A stretch of DNA of 64,000 nucleotides, taken from Polyangiaceae bacterium (GTDB lineage Bacteria > Myxococcota_A > Polyangia > Polyangiales > Polyangiaceae). This document shows, piece by piece, positions 39,059 to 48,600 of this stretch. The stretch covers positions 1 through 64,000 of the forward strand of contig JBILLK010000028.1 in the NCBI GenBank assembly GCA_044376115.1. The letters are read 5' to 3'. Numbering within the stretch: the first letter of the stretch is position 1; the number at the start of each line of letters is the position of its first letter. Position numbers and translations under genes: made by a program. The notes under the pieces are model-generated. The model ran no database searches. It saw only the letters and a list, made by a program, of their open reading frames with translations, and had not been told where the DNA came from.

Positions 39059-41215
39059 CTAGGGCTTCGGATCGCGCGGCATGGTTGGTTGTACCAACGG
39101 CGCTTCACGCGCCTCCTTCGGCGTCTTCGGTTTGGGCGCTTGGCCTTCACCGGGCTCGCCGTCCACGTTGATATGCACGGTGGTTCCGCGGATGGTCACG
39201 CCCGCACCGTCCACGCGAATAAAGCCGCCTGGCCCGACCAGCGTCACATCCTGCGCGCCGGCGGTGAACACGTCCCCCGCGCGAATCGAAAGGCTGGTGC
39301 CGGTGTGAACGGCGTAGCGGCCAACCTTCTCCTGTCGAGCCCCACCAATGATCAACGACGAGTTGCCACCAACGCGCGTCACTTGATCACTATCCACGGT
39401 GCTGCCGACGTCTCGCCTCACCAACGTCGTCGCGTCGCCGCCGACCTTATGGTCCTCGTCCTTGGCGACATAGCGTTGCGCGAGGTACTCGGTGCGGTGC
39501 GTTGCATTCGAGCGCACCAGCTGTAGCCGGTCATCATCGACGAAGGTCGTGCGCCGGCCGGAGATCAGCTCGTGCCGCGTCTGCCGAGTCACTTCGAAGC
39601 GGCGGCCCTCGGTGGTGTCGGTCTCGCGGCTGCCCACGTCCTTGCGACGATCGCGGAGCACGGTGATCGTCTCATCGTTTTTGACCAACTTGCGCAGGTT
39701 CTTTTCGGCTTGGACGTACACGAGCTCCTCGCCCTTGCGATCGTCGAAGCGCAGCTCATTGAAGCCGTTACCGCCGAGCGAGGCCTGGCTCTTCCAGCCG
39801 CTGACAACCGACTCCTCCGGCAAGCGATACGGCACCGGTTGCAAACCATCGAACACGCGACCCGCGACGATCGGCAAATCGGGATCGGCGTTCTCGAAGA
39901 TCACCAGCACCTCTTGGCCCATCCGCGGCAAGACGCTGAAGCCGTAGCCCGCGCCGCCCCCACCGTGACTGACGCGCATCCAACAGGAGCTCGTCTCATC
40001 GAAGCGCCCTTCGCGATCCCACGGAAACTGCAGGCGTACACGGCCGAATTCGTCGGTGTGGATCTCCTGGCCGGCGGGCCCCACCACCACCGCGACCTCC
40101 ACGCCGTGGGCCACCGGCTTGGGCGTACGCGGCAAAGGACGCACCGGACGATCGGCGTAGGCGGCCTCCACCCGGACGCTCCAACGCTCGCGCGGTCCGC
40201 CCTCGAGATGCGCCGCCGTTACGATCAACGGGCGCCCCTCGGCGAGCTCAGGGTGGGGATGACCGCTTAGTCGAAAGACGCTCGCCGGCAAAAGATCGAA
40301 AGCGTTCGAGTCGAAATGCACCGCGTGTTGCTCGCTGAGATGCGCGTCGCGCAACAGCTCGGCGCGCTGCTCGCCTGCCGTGAGCAAACGACGCGCGACA
40401 CCGCGGTCGTCAGCGGCAGGCGTTTGCTCAGCGGCGTTGCCTTCGACCAAGAAGGCGCCGGGCACGTAATGGTATTGCTCATAGCCGCCCGGAACGCTGG
40501 GCTCCGCCGTTGCAAACAAGCCGAAGCTGGGTGCTCGGTGATCGAAGTCGCGCAGGGTCACGAGCGAGGGCGTCACGCGCCGCTCGAGCCGTACTTCCCG
40601 GGCGAACTCGGCGTTGTTGACCATCGTCGCATCGGCCACCACCTCGAGCGGCTCGGCCCGCAACGGAGCGTGCTCCGGCGTGTCGTGGAGCACCAACAGC
40701 GAGCGACCTTCCGAGCCGTCGAAGGCATAACTGATGCCGGCCTCTTCGAGCAGCCGCGAGAGGAAGTGGAAGTCCGATTCACCGTATTGCACCTTGTATT
40801 CGAGCGGCCGGTGCTCGCGCTCGAGCACCCAACGATGTTCGATCTGCCACTCCTCGAGCAGCGTGCCCACGATCTCCGGGATGCTCTTGTGTTGGTGTAC
40901 GCGGTAGCCGCTGCGTTGCGTGGTCACCCACAGCCGCGGCACCAACACGAGCGCATACGTCGAGACGGCGGTTGGATCGGGGTGCAACTGTGAGGCCGCT
41001 GCGATCAGCCCGTCGAAGCTCCGCTCCGAGCGACCGACGTTCACCACCAGCTTGGCTGCCCGGCCCGTCCAATTCGAAAGCTCTACGCTGGGATCGGCGG
41101 AGTGCACCGTGACACGCGCCTCGAACAGGCCGCTCAAACGCGTAGCCAACTCGAAGCGTTGCACCGTGAGCGCCGCACCGTCTTCCAGCGTGAGTTGAAC
41201 CGTGGACTCGATCAT
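39059..41215 (-). CDS. vgrG: Type VI secretion tip protein VgrG (second copy)
   Basis: VQYGESDFHFLSRLLEEAGI, EIHTDEFGRV..QFPWDR, PRMGQEVLV, NELRFDD.KGEE. Confidence 0.95.
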   Translation of the reverse strand: MIESTVQLTLEDGAALTVQRFELATRLSGLFEARVTVHSADPSVELSNWTGRAAKLVVNVGRSERSFDGLIAAASQLHPDPTAVSTYALVLVPRLWVTTQRSGYRVHQHKSIPEIVGTLLEEWQIEHRWVLEREHRPLEYKVQYGESDFHFLSRLLEEAGISYAFDGSEGRSLLVLHDTPEHAPLRAEPLEVVADATMVNNAEFAREVRLERRVTPSLVTLRDFDHRAPSFGLFATAEPSVPGGYEQYHYVPGAFLVEGNAAEQTPAADDRGVARRLLTAGEQRAELLRDAHLSEQHAVHFDSNAFDLLPASVFRLSGHPHPELAEGRPLIVTAAHLEGGPRERWSVRVEAAYADRPVRPLPRTPKPVAHGVEVAVVVGPAGQEIHTDEFGRVRLQFPWDREGRFDETSSCWMRVSHGGGGAGYGFSVLPRMGQEVLVIFENADPDLPIVAGRVFDGLQPVPYRLPEESVVSGWKSQASLGGNGFNELRFDDRKGEELVYVQAEKNLRKLVKNDETITVLRDRRKDVGSRETDTTEGRRFEVTRQTRHELISGRRTTFVDDDRLQLVRSNATHRTEYLAQRYVAKDEDHKVGGDATTLVRRDVGSTVDSDQVTRVGGNSSLIIGGARQEKVGRYAVHTGTSLSIRAGDVFTAGAQDVTLVGPGGFIRVDGAGVTIRGTTVHINVDGEPGEGQAPKPKTPKEAREAPLVQPTMPRDPKP

Positions 41216-41691
41216 TGAGCCTCGAGCCGACGGCCTTGAATACGCGCCGCGGCCTTGGAGATTTGTTCACGCCACTGCTCGCCCACCAGCACCTTGGTGC
41301 GGACGCTGAACTCACAGATTACGTCGACGAGATCGGGACCGCTAAACTGCTCGAGCTCGAACGGCTCGATTGAACGATCGAAGCTCACCGAAGCTCCCGG
41401 CGCGAGCTTGACCAACGTCTCATCCTTCTCCTCCGGCGAAGCGCAACCGGGACAACGATTGGCGTACGCAAAGTTCGAAGGATCAGCGCCGTCTGCGAAC
41501 TTCACTGCTACGCCGTTGTGGCGCATTTTCACGAAGGGCAGCGCGATCTCGACCGGCAACGCATTGTCGATCGCCACGCGCAACAGCACCTCGGCACCGG
41601 TGTAGCTGAGGGTCGCGCCCGGCGCAGGCTCTACGCGGATTGAGAAGACGGGTTCATCCATGGGGTGACTCCATTCACGAGGCAGAGACAA
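41212..41691 (-). CDS. Putative immunity protein
   Basis: Small ORF directly after the zincin effector candidate; function inferred from position only. Confidence 0.5.
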   Translation of the reverse strand: MSLPREWSHPMDEPVFSIRVEPAPGATLSYTGAEVLLRVAIDNALPVEIALPFVKMRHNGVAVKFADGADPSNFAYANRCPGCASPEEKDETLVKLAPGASVSFDRSIEPFELEQFSGPDLVDVICEFSVRTKVLVGEQWREQISKAAARIQGRRLEAQ

Positions 41692-42507
41692 TCAAGTAGG
41701 CGGCCGAACGACTTTGCAGCGGATCCTGCGTCCGAGCCTGCGGGTGAGTAGCTGTTGCACCTCGATCGCGATGCAATAGCCATGACGCACGCGCCTTCGA
41801 TGTTGCGAGTGCGTCGACATGATGGTGACGTCGGGACCGCTGCCAGCAGTGCCCAACGCGTCGATGTCGATCGGCGGATCGCTGCCACCGTCCGGGCGGA
41901 TGTAGACAATCTGCTCGGCGGCCTCGTTCGAGTAGCCGTACTCGTCGGGCAGACCGAAGCAGTGCCCGTGCTCATGCGAGTAGGTCCAGTCGCGCGTTGC
42001 CCAGTCGACTCGCATCTTGAAGTCGCCGGTCACGTGCGGGCGCCCCGAGTCGAGCGAGCTTGGAACCGTCTGGAAGAGCTCCACCGTGTAATGCTGGCCT
42101 GAGCTGACGAGCGGCGCCTCGAACTCGACCGGTAGCTGCTGTTTGCCGCACTCCGGATCGTCGATCTCGATCGTGATCTTGCCGTTCCACGACTCGACGC
42201 CCTTCACGAGCTCACGTTCCGCGAGCTGGATATGCTCAGCGGCGGTGCTGCCGAAGCCGACGACTTTGTAGCGCATGACCACGCGAATGCGCCGCGACTT
42301 GAGCAACACCTGCAGCAGGTAGCGCCTTTGGCGACCACCGCCTTCGGCTTGGCCATCCACGATGCGCCGCGAGTAGCGGTTGCTCGCGTTGACGCTGATT
42401 TCACCTTGGTAGTCCTCGCACCAACAGCAAACACCGCTAGCCGTGGTGATCGGCCCGGAGGCGCTCGGCCCGCTGGAGGGGGAGTTCGGTGCCGGTTTGG
42501 CTCCCAT
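41692..42507 (-). CDS. Putative T6SS zinc-metalloprotease effector
   Basis: HEHGHCFGLPDEY (41938-41976) and Met-turn-like TIMS; no signal peptide; TGATG coupling to upstream gene. Confidence 0.7.
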   Translation of the reverse strand: MGAKPAPNSPSSGPSASGPITTASGVCCWCEDYQGEISVNASNRYSRRIVDGQAEGGGRQRRYLLQVLLKSRRIRVVMRYKVVGFGSTAAEHIQLAERELVKGVESWNGKITIEIDDPECGKQQLPVEFEAPLVSSGQHYTVELFQTVPSSLDSGRPHVTGDFKMRVDWATRDWTYSHEHGHCFGLPDEYGYSNEAAEQIVYIRPDGGSDPPIDIDALGTAGSGPDVTIMSTHSQHRRRVRHGYCIAIEVQQLLTRRLGRRIRCKVVRPPT

Positions 42508-43271
42508 CAGTCGGTCCTCTCGCTCGCCTTGAGCACAGCTTCGATCCAAATCATGGCGCGCCTCTCGAGCCGTTCAGCTACGCGGGCAGGTGCACGCTCG
42601 GCTTGGTTGGTTGGTTGCAATGTGCGCTGAATCCAGGGCAAAAACGGATCTCGCTCGAAGGCGTGGCCGAAGGCAAAGCCGAGCGCGACGACCACGAAGC
42701 CTGCCCGCGGCTGATCGAAACCGAGCGCCTGCGCTTTCTCGAGACCACCTGCAACGGCGCTCGAGAGCGCTACGTCGCCCAGCGCTTTGACCTTCTCGGG
42801 GTGCACCTCGCGCAGCAGCTGCTCGAGATCGTGCGCCAGCGACGCGCGTTCGAATTGCCGCGGCCCACTGGCAACCGCGTGCAGCCGCTCCAGCGCAGCG
42901 CGCGCGCTTGGTTGGACGCGCTCGACGTAGCTGGCCACGCGCGAATGCAGCGCGTCCGCTTTGTCCATCGGGCTCCAGAACTGCTCCGAGCCCAGCGTCT
43001 CGGCCGCCCACGGGTACTGCGGGTCCGAGTCGAACTCGGCGCCGAGCGCGATCGACGTCTCGAGAAAAAAGCGCACAGCGCCGCGTTGAACGAAGCCATG
43101 AGTGGCCGCTCGCTCGATGGTTTGGCGCACCGCGCGCTCGAGCTCTTCGTCGCTCAGCGTCTTGCACAAACGCGGCGAATAGCTCCACGCTCGCTCGACC
43201 AGCTCGTCGACGAATTGATCGAAGGCACGCCGCTCGAAGGCCTGGACGAGTTCGTTGCGCACCGTCAGCAT
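42507..43271 (-). CDS. Hypothetical helical protein, possible T6SS co-chaperone
   Basis: Internal duplication (G.EFDSDPQYPW / GHAFERDPFLPW); lies between DUF4123 and effector genes. Confidence 0.65.
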   Translation of the reverse strand: MLTVRNELVQAFERRAFDQFVDELVERAWSYSPRLCKTLSDEELERAVRQTIERAATHGFVQRGAVRFFLETSIALGAEFDSDPQYPWAAETLGSEQFWSPMDKADALHSRVASYVERVQPSARAALERLHAVASGPRQFERASLAHDLEQLLREVHPEKVKALGDVALSSAVAGGLEKAQALGFDQPRAGFVVVALGFAFGHAFERDPFLPWIQRTLQPTNQAERAPARVAERLERRAMIWIEAVLKASERTD

Positions 43272-44185
43272 GCGGCCTCGCCTCCCGCAAAGCGCGTGAG
43301 CCCTCGCCGCGGATCTTCCACCAATACAGCTTGGAATGGCTGCAAAAAGTCCGAACTTTGGCGCGGAGCAGCCGACGCAAGGAAGACGCTGGCCACGCCT
43401 GGATCGTAAAAGCGGAAGTAGAGCTTCTCGCCGGTGTCATCGCTGAGGACGACCAGAAAGCGACGTAGATGACGCCGCGCAGCGTCCAAATCATCGGCGC
43501 GGCTAGCGACGAAGATGCCCCAGCGGGAGCCGTAGCCTTCGAGCAGCAACGCCTCGAGCAAAGCCGAGTCCTCACGCAGCGGCCCGACGATCAGCGGGGC
43601 GACCTCGCTCATCGATTCACCGCGCGCTCCGTCGAAAAGGCTGCGCGACACCTCGACGTTCTCGCGCAAGAGCTGCTGAATGCGCCGACTGCGCGCGCCA
43701 TCGAGCACGGCGTAGAGGCGCGCGCTGCGAGCTTCGGCGCGCAGCTCAGACAAGGCTTGATCGCGAGCGGCCTGCAGCGCCGCACGTTGCTGCTCGTGCC
43801 GCTTGGCGAGCGCCGGATCGATCGGCTCCGCTTCGTCTTCCTCCTCGGCATCGAGGACAGCGACCTTCGGCTTGCGCACGCCGCCTTCGACGTGCACCAA
43901 GAGGTCCGTCTGCCCCGCGCGAATCCAACTACCGTGGGGCACCGGCGCTTGCGTCACAAGCTGGCCTTGCAGCCGCGTTCCCCCGCTCGAGCCGAGATCC
44001 GTCAGCTCGCAGGCGCCTTCCTCCCAACGGAGCTTGAAGTGCTTGGCGGCGAGCTCGCGATCGTTCGAAAAGGCCAGATCGCAAAGATCACTGCGGCCGA
44101 CCACCAACTCGGCGCCCGCTTCGATCAGGGCCTTGCGTCCTTGCGCAGGGCCAAAACGAACCTCAACGATCAGCCGCGCAGCCAC
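43265..44185 (-). CDS. FHA + DUF4123 T6SS effector chaperone
   Basis: N-terminal FHA-like VGR...DLGSSGGT; LYAVLDGAR, SLF, WGIF, HLRRFL, YFRFYDP. Confidence 0.9.
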   Translation of the reverse strand: MAARLIVEVRFGPAQGRKALIEAGAELVVGRSDLCDLAFSNDRELAAKHFKLRWEEGACELTDLGSSGGTRLQGQLVTQAPVPHGSWIRAGQTDLLVHVEGGVRKPKVAVLDAEEEDEAEPIDPALAKRHEQQRAALQAARDQALSELRAEARSARLYAVLDGARSRRIQQLLRENVEVSRSLFDGARGESMSEVAPLIVGPLREDSALLEALLLEGYGSRWGIFVASRADDLDAARRHLRRFLVVLSDDTGEKLYFRFYDPGVASVFLASAAPRQSSDFLQPFQAVLVEDPRRGLTRFAGGEAAC

Positions 44186-44190
44186 GTCGC

Positions 44191-44580
44191 CTACTCCCCA
44201 CGCCTGGCTTTGCGCGACTCATCCTTCTCAACCTTGGCCGCACAATCTTCGACGAAGGGCTTGCTCGTGCGCAGCGCGTTGCTCTGCGGGTTGGAGCCGA
44301 TCACCACTGTGGGATCGCCCACCACCAAAACGCCGCCGTGCGTCGTCGCGTCTCCCACGCGGGCCGCGGGCTTGTCACCGATGAGCACGCTCGGTTCACC
44401 TTCGGCCACGGCATCGGGCGGACCGACGCACACCAACGAATCTCCAATCCGAGCAGCCGGCATGAAGCCGATCAGCACGGTAGTTTCACCCGCAGAGACC
44501 GGCCCCCCGACGTGCGGCTTGGGACCAGGCTCGACCTTCGGACAGGTATGAAGGTCCGAAATTCTAGCGGCTGCAGGCAT
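44191..44580 (-). CDS. PAAR domain protein
   Basis: AAAR, PAAR and PAAR repeats with HxC...H metal ligands. Confidence 0.96.
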   Translation of the reverse strand: MPAAARISDLHTCPKVEPGPKPHVGGPVSAGETTVLIGFMPAARIGDSLVCVGPPDAVAEGEPSVLIGDKPAARVGDATTHGGVLVVGDPTVVIGSNPQSNALRTSKPFVEDCAAKVEKDESRKARRGE

Positions 44581-44607
44581 GCGTTCCTCCTTGCTTGCTC
44601 GGCGATC

Positions 44608-46866
44608 TCATTGAGCCAACCCCGTCTCGGCGACGTTGTCCGGCGTGGGGCGCACCGGCTCTTCCACCACGGCCTCCACGGCCGCGTCCGGGGTCTGCGG
44701 ACTTGCGCCGCTGCCTGCTCCGGCCTCACCACCGCTGTTGATGCGCACCAGCGTGCCGCGAATGGTGATGCCCGAACCATCGATGCGGATGAAGCCACCG
44801 GGGCCTTTGATCGTCAGATCCTCGGCGGCCTCGATCACCAGCGCGCTGCCCGCCTGCACGTGCATGTCGTCCACCGCCTCGAGCGCGTAGCTCTTGCCCA
44901 CGACCTCGTGACGGCTCTTACCGACACTGAGCGATTGATCGCCAGTCACCCGCTCGCGGCGCTCCCCGAGGATGTCGAGGTGGCTATTGCCCACCACATG
45001 CTCGCGGCGCGATTGACCGATCACCACGTCTTCATCTTGGCCGGTGAAGCGGGTGACGTTGCCGAGCGTGCGCTCGATTTCATTGGCGCTCACCAGCTTG
45101 CGCAGCTCACCGCCGATCACCACAGTGCGCGTTTTGTCGGTGATCTCGACGCGACTGCCATGGGTCACCTCGATGCGATCCCCCGCCGTGGTCTCGGTCT
45201 CGTCACCGAGCACGAGCTTCTGACGGTCATTGCCGACCGTGATCGTCTCATCGTTTTTCACCAGCTTGCGCAGGTTTTTCTCGGCCTGGACGTAGACAAG
45301 CTCCTTGCCCTTGAGGTCCTCGAACATCAGCTCGTTGAAGCCGTTGGACCCCTTCGACGAGTCGCTCTTCCAGGTGGAGCGGGTCTTGTGCTCTGGCAGT
45401 TTGTAGGGGACCGTCTGCAGCGCATTGAAGGTGCGCCCAACGATCATCGGCGCGTCTGGGTTGCCGCCCAAGAAGGCCACCAACACCTCGTGCCCGATGC
45501 GCGGCAAGACGATCATGCCGTAACCGGTACCCGCCCAACCTTGACTCACCCGCACCCAACAGGAGCTGCGCTCGTCATGACGACCCTCGCGATCCCAGGG
45601 GAATTGCACGCGTACCCGACCAAACTCGTCGGTGTGGATCTCCTCGCCCGCCGGCCCAACCACCACCGCCGACTGCACGCCCAGCACGCGCGGCAGCGGC
45701 GTCTTACGCAGCGGCCGAAAGCTCGCGCTGGTGAACATCGCCTGTCCAACCATGCTCCATTCGTCGTCGACGTCCCCCTCGAGCCCGAACTCGGTCACGA
45801 GCAGTGCGCCGCCCTCGGCGATCTCGTGATGCGGATGACCATCGATGCGAAACACTGTCCCTGGCGTGAGATCGATCGCGTTCGTGGCGAAGCTAACAGT
45901 ACGCCGATCCATGCGCAGCGACTCCAGCCGCTGCTGGGCGGCGTGATCGATCCAGCGCTGCTCGTGACGCGCCACACCGCGATCATCCGCTACCGGGGTA
46001 TCGTGGGGAGCTGCGCCCTCACGCAGCGCTACCGCCGGCTCGTAGGAGAACTGCTCGTAGCTAGCCTCCGGCGGGCCAGCCTGGGTTGCACGGCCATAAA
46101 GCGGATAGACGGGCTTGCGAAAGTCGTAGTCGCGCACCGTGACGGTGCCCGGCCGCACGGCGTGCGAGAGCTTGACCTTGGTGACGTGCTGGAAGGCGCC
46201 GCCGCCGGCAGCTGCGAGTTCAGGCGCTGCGTTCGCGTTCTCGACGTAGGTGAGCGCGCCAGCCGAACGCGGTGCACGCTGCTCGAGCGTGTCCGAGAGT
46301 ACGAGCCGGGTTTGGCCTTCGTGCTCTGCGAAGCTGAAGGCGACGCCGGCATCCTCGAGCAAGCGCGAGATGAACTGGAAGTCGCTCTCGCCGTATTGCA
46401 CCTTGAACTCGAGCTCGGGGTACTGCTCCCGAGCGAGCTCCCAAACATGCGGCACCGACCACTCCCCGAGGATCTGCGTAACGATCGCCGGGATCGATAG
46501 GTGCTGGAAGATGCGGCTATTGCGTCGATGGCTGAGCAGCCAAACCGCAGGGGCGAACTGCACGCGGTAGCTGCTGACCTCGTTGCTCGCGGCGCGTGAG
46601 CCCAGCGCATGCACCTGCTCGATCGAGCTGACCACACCGGTCCACAGCCGCTCGATCGGCAAGAGCGCCCGCGCCAAGGAGGCTTCACCACCGCTCGCAA
46701 GTCGGAAGGAGCCCGCGTTGCCGACGATCTGCTCCAGGTCGAGTTGCGGATCCGCGCACGTGACCATCAACTCGATGGCAAAAAGCTCCGAGAGCGCCTC
46801 CCGAACACGAAACCGCTGAACCTCGAGCTGCGCTCCGTTTGCGACGATGAACTCTGAAAGGGCCAT
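44608..46866 (-). CDS. vgrG: Type VI secretion tip protein VgrG
   Basis: RIFQ, VQYGESDFQFISRLLE, EIHTDEFGRV.VQFPWDR, SSCWVRVSQGWAG, PRIGHEVLV. Confidence 0.96.
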   Translation of the reverse strand: MALSEFIVANGAQLEVQRFRVREALSELFAIELMVTCADPQLDLEQIVGNAGSFRLASGGEASLARALLPIERLWTGVVSSIEQVHALGSRAASNEVSSYRVQFAPAVWLLSHRRNSRIFQHLSIPAIVTQILGEWSVPHVWELAREQYPELEFKVQYGESDFQFISRLLEDAGVAFSFAEHEGQTRLVLSDTLEQRAPRSAGALTYVENANAAPELAAAGGGAFQHVTKVKLSHAVRPGTVTVRDYDFRKPVYPLYGRATQAGPPEASYEQFSYEPAVALREGAAPHDTPVADDRGVARHEQRWIDHAAQQRLESLRMDRRTVSFATNAIDLTPGTVFRIDGHPHHEIAEGGALLVTEFGLEGDVDDEWSMVGQAMFTSASFRPLRKTPLPRVLGVQSAVVVGPAGEEIHTDEFGRVRVQFPWDREGRHDERSSCWVRVSQGWAGTGYGMIVLPRIGHEVLVAFLGGNPDAPMIVGRTFNALQTVPYKLPEHKTRSTWKSDSSKGSNGFNELMFEDLKGKELVYVQAEKNLRKLVKNDETITVGNDRQKLVLGDETETTAGDRIEVTHGSRVEITDKTRTVVIGGELRKLVSANEIERTLGNVTRFTGQDEDVVIGQSRREHVVGNSHLDILGERRERVTGDQSLSVGKSRHEVVGKSYALEAVDDMHVQAGSALVIEAAEDLTIKGPGGFIRIDGSGITIRGTLVRINSGGEAGAGSGASPQTPDAAVEAVVEEPVRPTPDNVAETGLAQ

Positions 46867-46957
46867 GCGCACTCCCGTCGAGCGTGGCGCTCGAGCTGCG
46901 CAATGCTACGGAAGTGCTGGGCTTTTGGGTAGGGAATGCTTGTCCCGAAAGAGCGGC

Positions 46958-47596
46958 TCAGAAGGCTTCGTAGCCAATGCTCGCGGTGGGCGAGAGCAAG
47001 ACGTAGCCCTCTAGGAAAAACATGCGAACGTCGGCGGAGAGCATCAGGCCTTTGCGGCGCACCCCGTCTTCTCCGTAGCCCATCAGCGGGTAGCCGCCCG
47101 CGCGCAGGTGGAGTTCACCAGCGAGCGGATTGTTCAAAATCGCGAAACCACCGCCCGCGCCGACGAAGATCTGGTCGAGGAAGGTGAAGTCAACCACGAC
47201 GCTTGCTCCCGCAAGACCACCAATCCCTCCAATACCGCCAAGATCGCCGCCGTAAACTCCAACCTGCGGCTGGGCATACACACCGATCAGGTCGTTGATC
47301 TGTACGCCTACGCGGCCGTCGAAACCGCCAATGCCCATCGTGTAGTTTTCGAGAAAGAGACCGCCGCCGCCGCCGGAGACGCCACCACGAAAGCGCACTC
47401 CGTCCTCGTCTACCTCTTCTTCCTCAGGGATTTCGGCGCGACGTGCTTTTGCAGGAGCCTCTGCTGAAGCGGGTGCTCCAGTGGCCGGCGGTTCAGCGGC
47501 CGGCGCTACAGCTTCATCGGCCTGGGCGCTGTTTGCGGCCAAAAGCACTGCACCCGTACAAACCAGACCCAACAGCCCAAGCGCTCGATTGCTCAT
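46958..47596 (-). CDS. Exported protein, probable outer-membrane beta-barrel
   Basis: Signal peptide (AQA/D); alternating beta-strands; C-terminal GYEAF. Confidence 0.65.
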   Translation of the reverse strand: MSNRALGLLGLVCTGAVLLAANSAQADEAVAPAAEPPATGAPASAEAPAKARRAEIPEEEEVDEDGVRFRGGVSGGGGGLFLENYTMGIGGFDGRVGVQINDLIGVYAQPQVGVYGGDLGGIGGIGGLAGASVVVDFTFLDQIFVGAGGGFAILNNPLAGELHLRAGGYPLMGYGEDGVRRKGLMLSADVRMFFLEGYVLLSPTASIGYEAF

Positions 47597-47815
47597 GATT
47601 CCTCCAAGTTAGAAAGTTGAAGGGTGCTACGGGTGCCGCCGCGGAAGCTGTCCCGGCCAGCACGAATCCGGCGTTGCGCGGTCGCTGCGATATGTTCACG
47701 TCGTGAAGCGCATTAACCCGATCGAAGCGATCGAGCTGCCCCATTGGGGTGAAGGCAGGATCCGCGTTCGCTTCGCTAGTGGTGAATCCACCTTGGTGCA
47801 CGATATTCTGCCGAG

Positions 47816-48595
47816 GTGAGAACGATAACGGCGAGCAGCTCGGGCGCGCTGGACCGAGCTTCGTTGGTTGGGCAGTTAAAGTCGTTGGGGATTACGCCGG
47901 GGCAGACGCTGATGGTGCATACGAGCATGCGCAAAGTCGGGCCCGTAGCCGATGGCGCAGCTGGGATGCTCGCAGCGCTGTTCGAAGCGTTGGGCCCCTC
48001 GGGCAACCTACTCATGGTGCTCTCCGGGTTGGACGAGCCCTTCGACTACCTGCGAACCCCGGTGGATACCGAGGATATGGGCGTCCTACCCGAGGTGTTT
48101 CGCACCACCGCGGGCGTCCTCGTCAATGACCATGCGGCGGATCGCTTTGCGGCCTACGGACCGAGGGCGAGCTGGCTGCTCAACCCAACACCGCTGCATC
48201 ACTATCACGGAAAGGGCTCGGTGCTTGAACGGCTCGTCGAATGCGGCGGCAAGGTACTTCGGCTTGGCGCCTTCCCCGACACGGTCACGCTTACGCACTA
48301 CGCTGAATACCTATGCAGCATCCCGGCCAAACACTACGTGCGCCGAAGGTATGTGCGCGCCGACATCGGCGAGCAGTGGATTGACAGCCTCGACGACACC
48401 GACGGCATCGCCGTATGGTCCAAGGGCGACTACTTCCCTCAGATCTTTCTCGACTATCGCGATACCGGCGCAGTCAGTCTCGGCCCGGTGGGAGCGTGCA
48501 CCGCAGAGCTCTTCGACGCGAGCGCCTTCACCGACTTCGCCGTCACCTGGATGGATCAGCACCTCGTCGGCGAGGAGCGCATTGACCGTTACTGA
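47816..48595 (+). CDS. AAC(3)/YokD family N-acetyltransferase
   Basis: LGITPGQTLMVHTSMRKVG, MGVLPEVFR, GGKVLRLGA..DTVTLTHYAE. Confidence 0.88.
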   Translation: MRTITASSSGALDRASLVGQLKSLGITPGQTLMVHTSMRKVGPVADGAAGMLAALFEALGPSGNLLMVLSGLDEPFDYLRTPVDTEDMGVLPEVFRTTAGVLVNDHAADRFAAYGPRASWLLNPTPLHHYHGKGSVLERLVECGGKVLRLGAFPDTVTLTHYAEYLCSIPAKHYVRRRYVRADIGEQWIDSLDDTDGIAVWSKGDYFPQIFLDYRDTGAVSLGPVGACTAELFDASAFTDFAVTWMDQHLVGEERIDRY

Positions 48596-48600
48596 CGGCG

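Noticed and set aside
47690..47750. Cluster of short palindromes between divergent genes as an ncRNA or operator
   Set aside because: Stems of 5-6 bp are expected by chance and match no motif I recognise.
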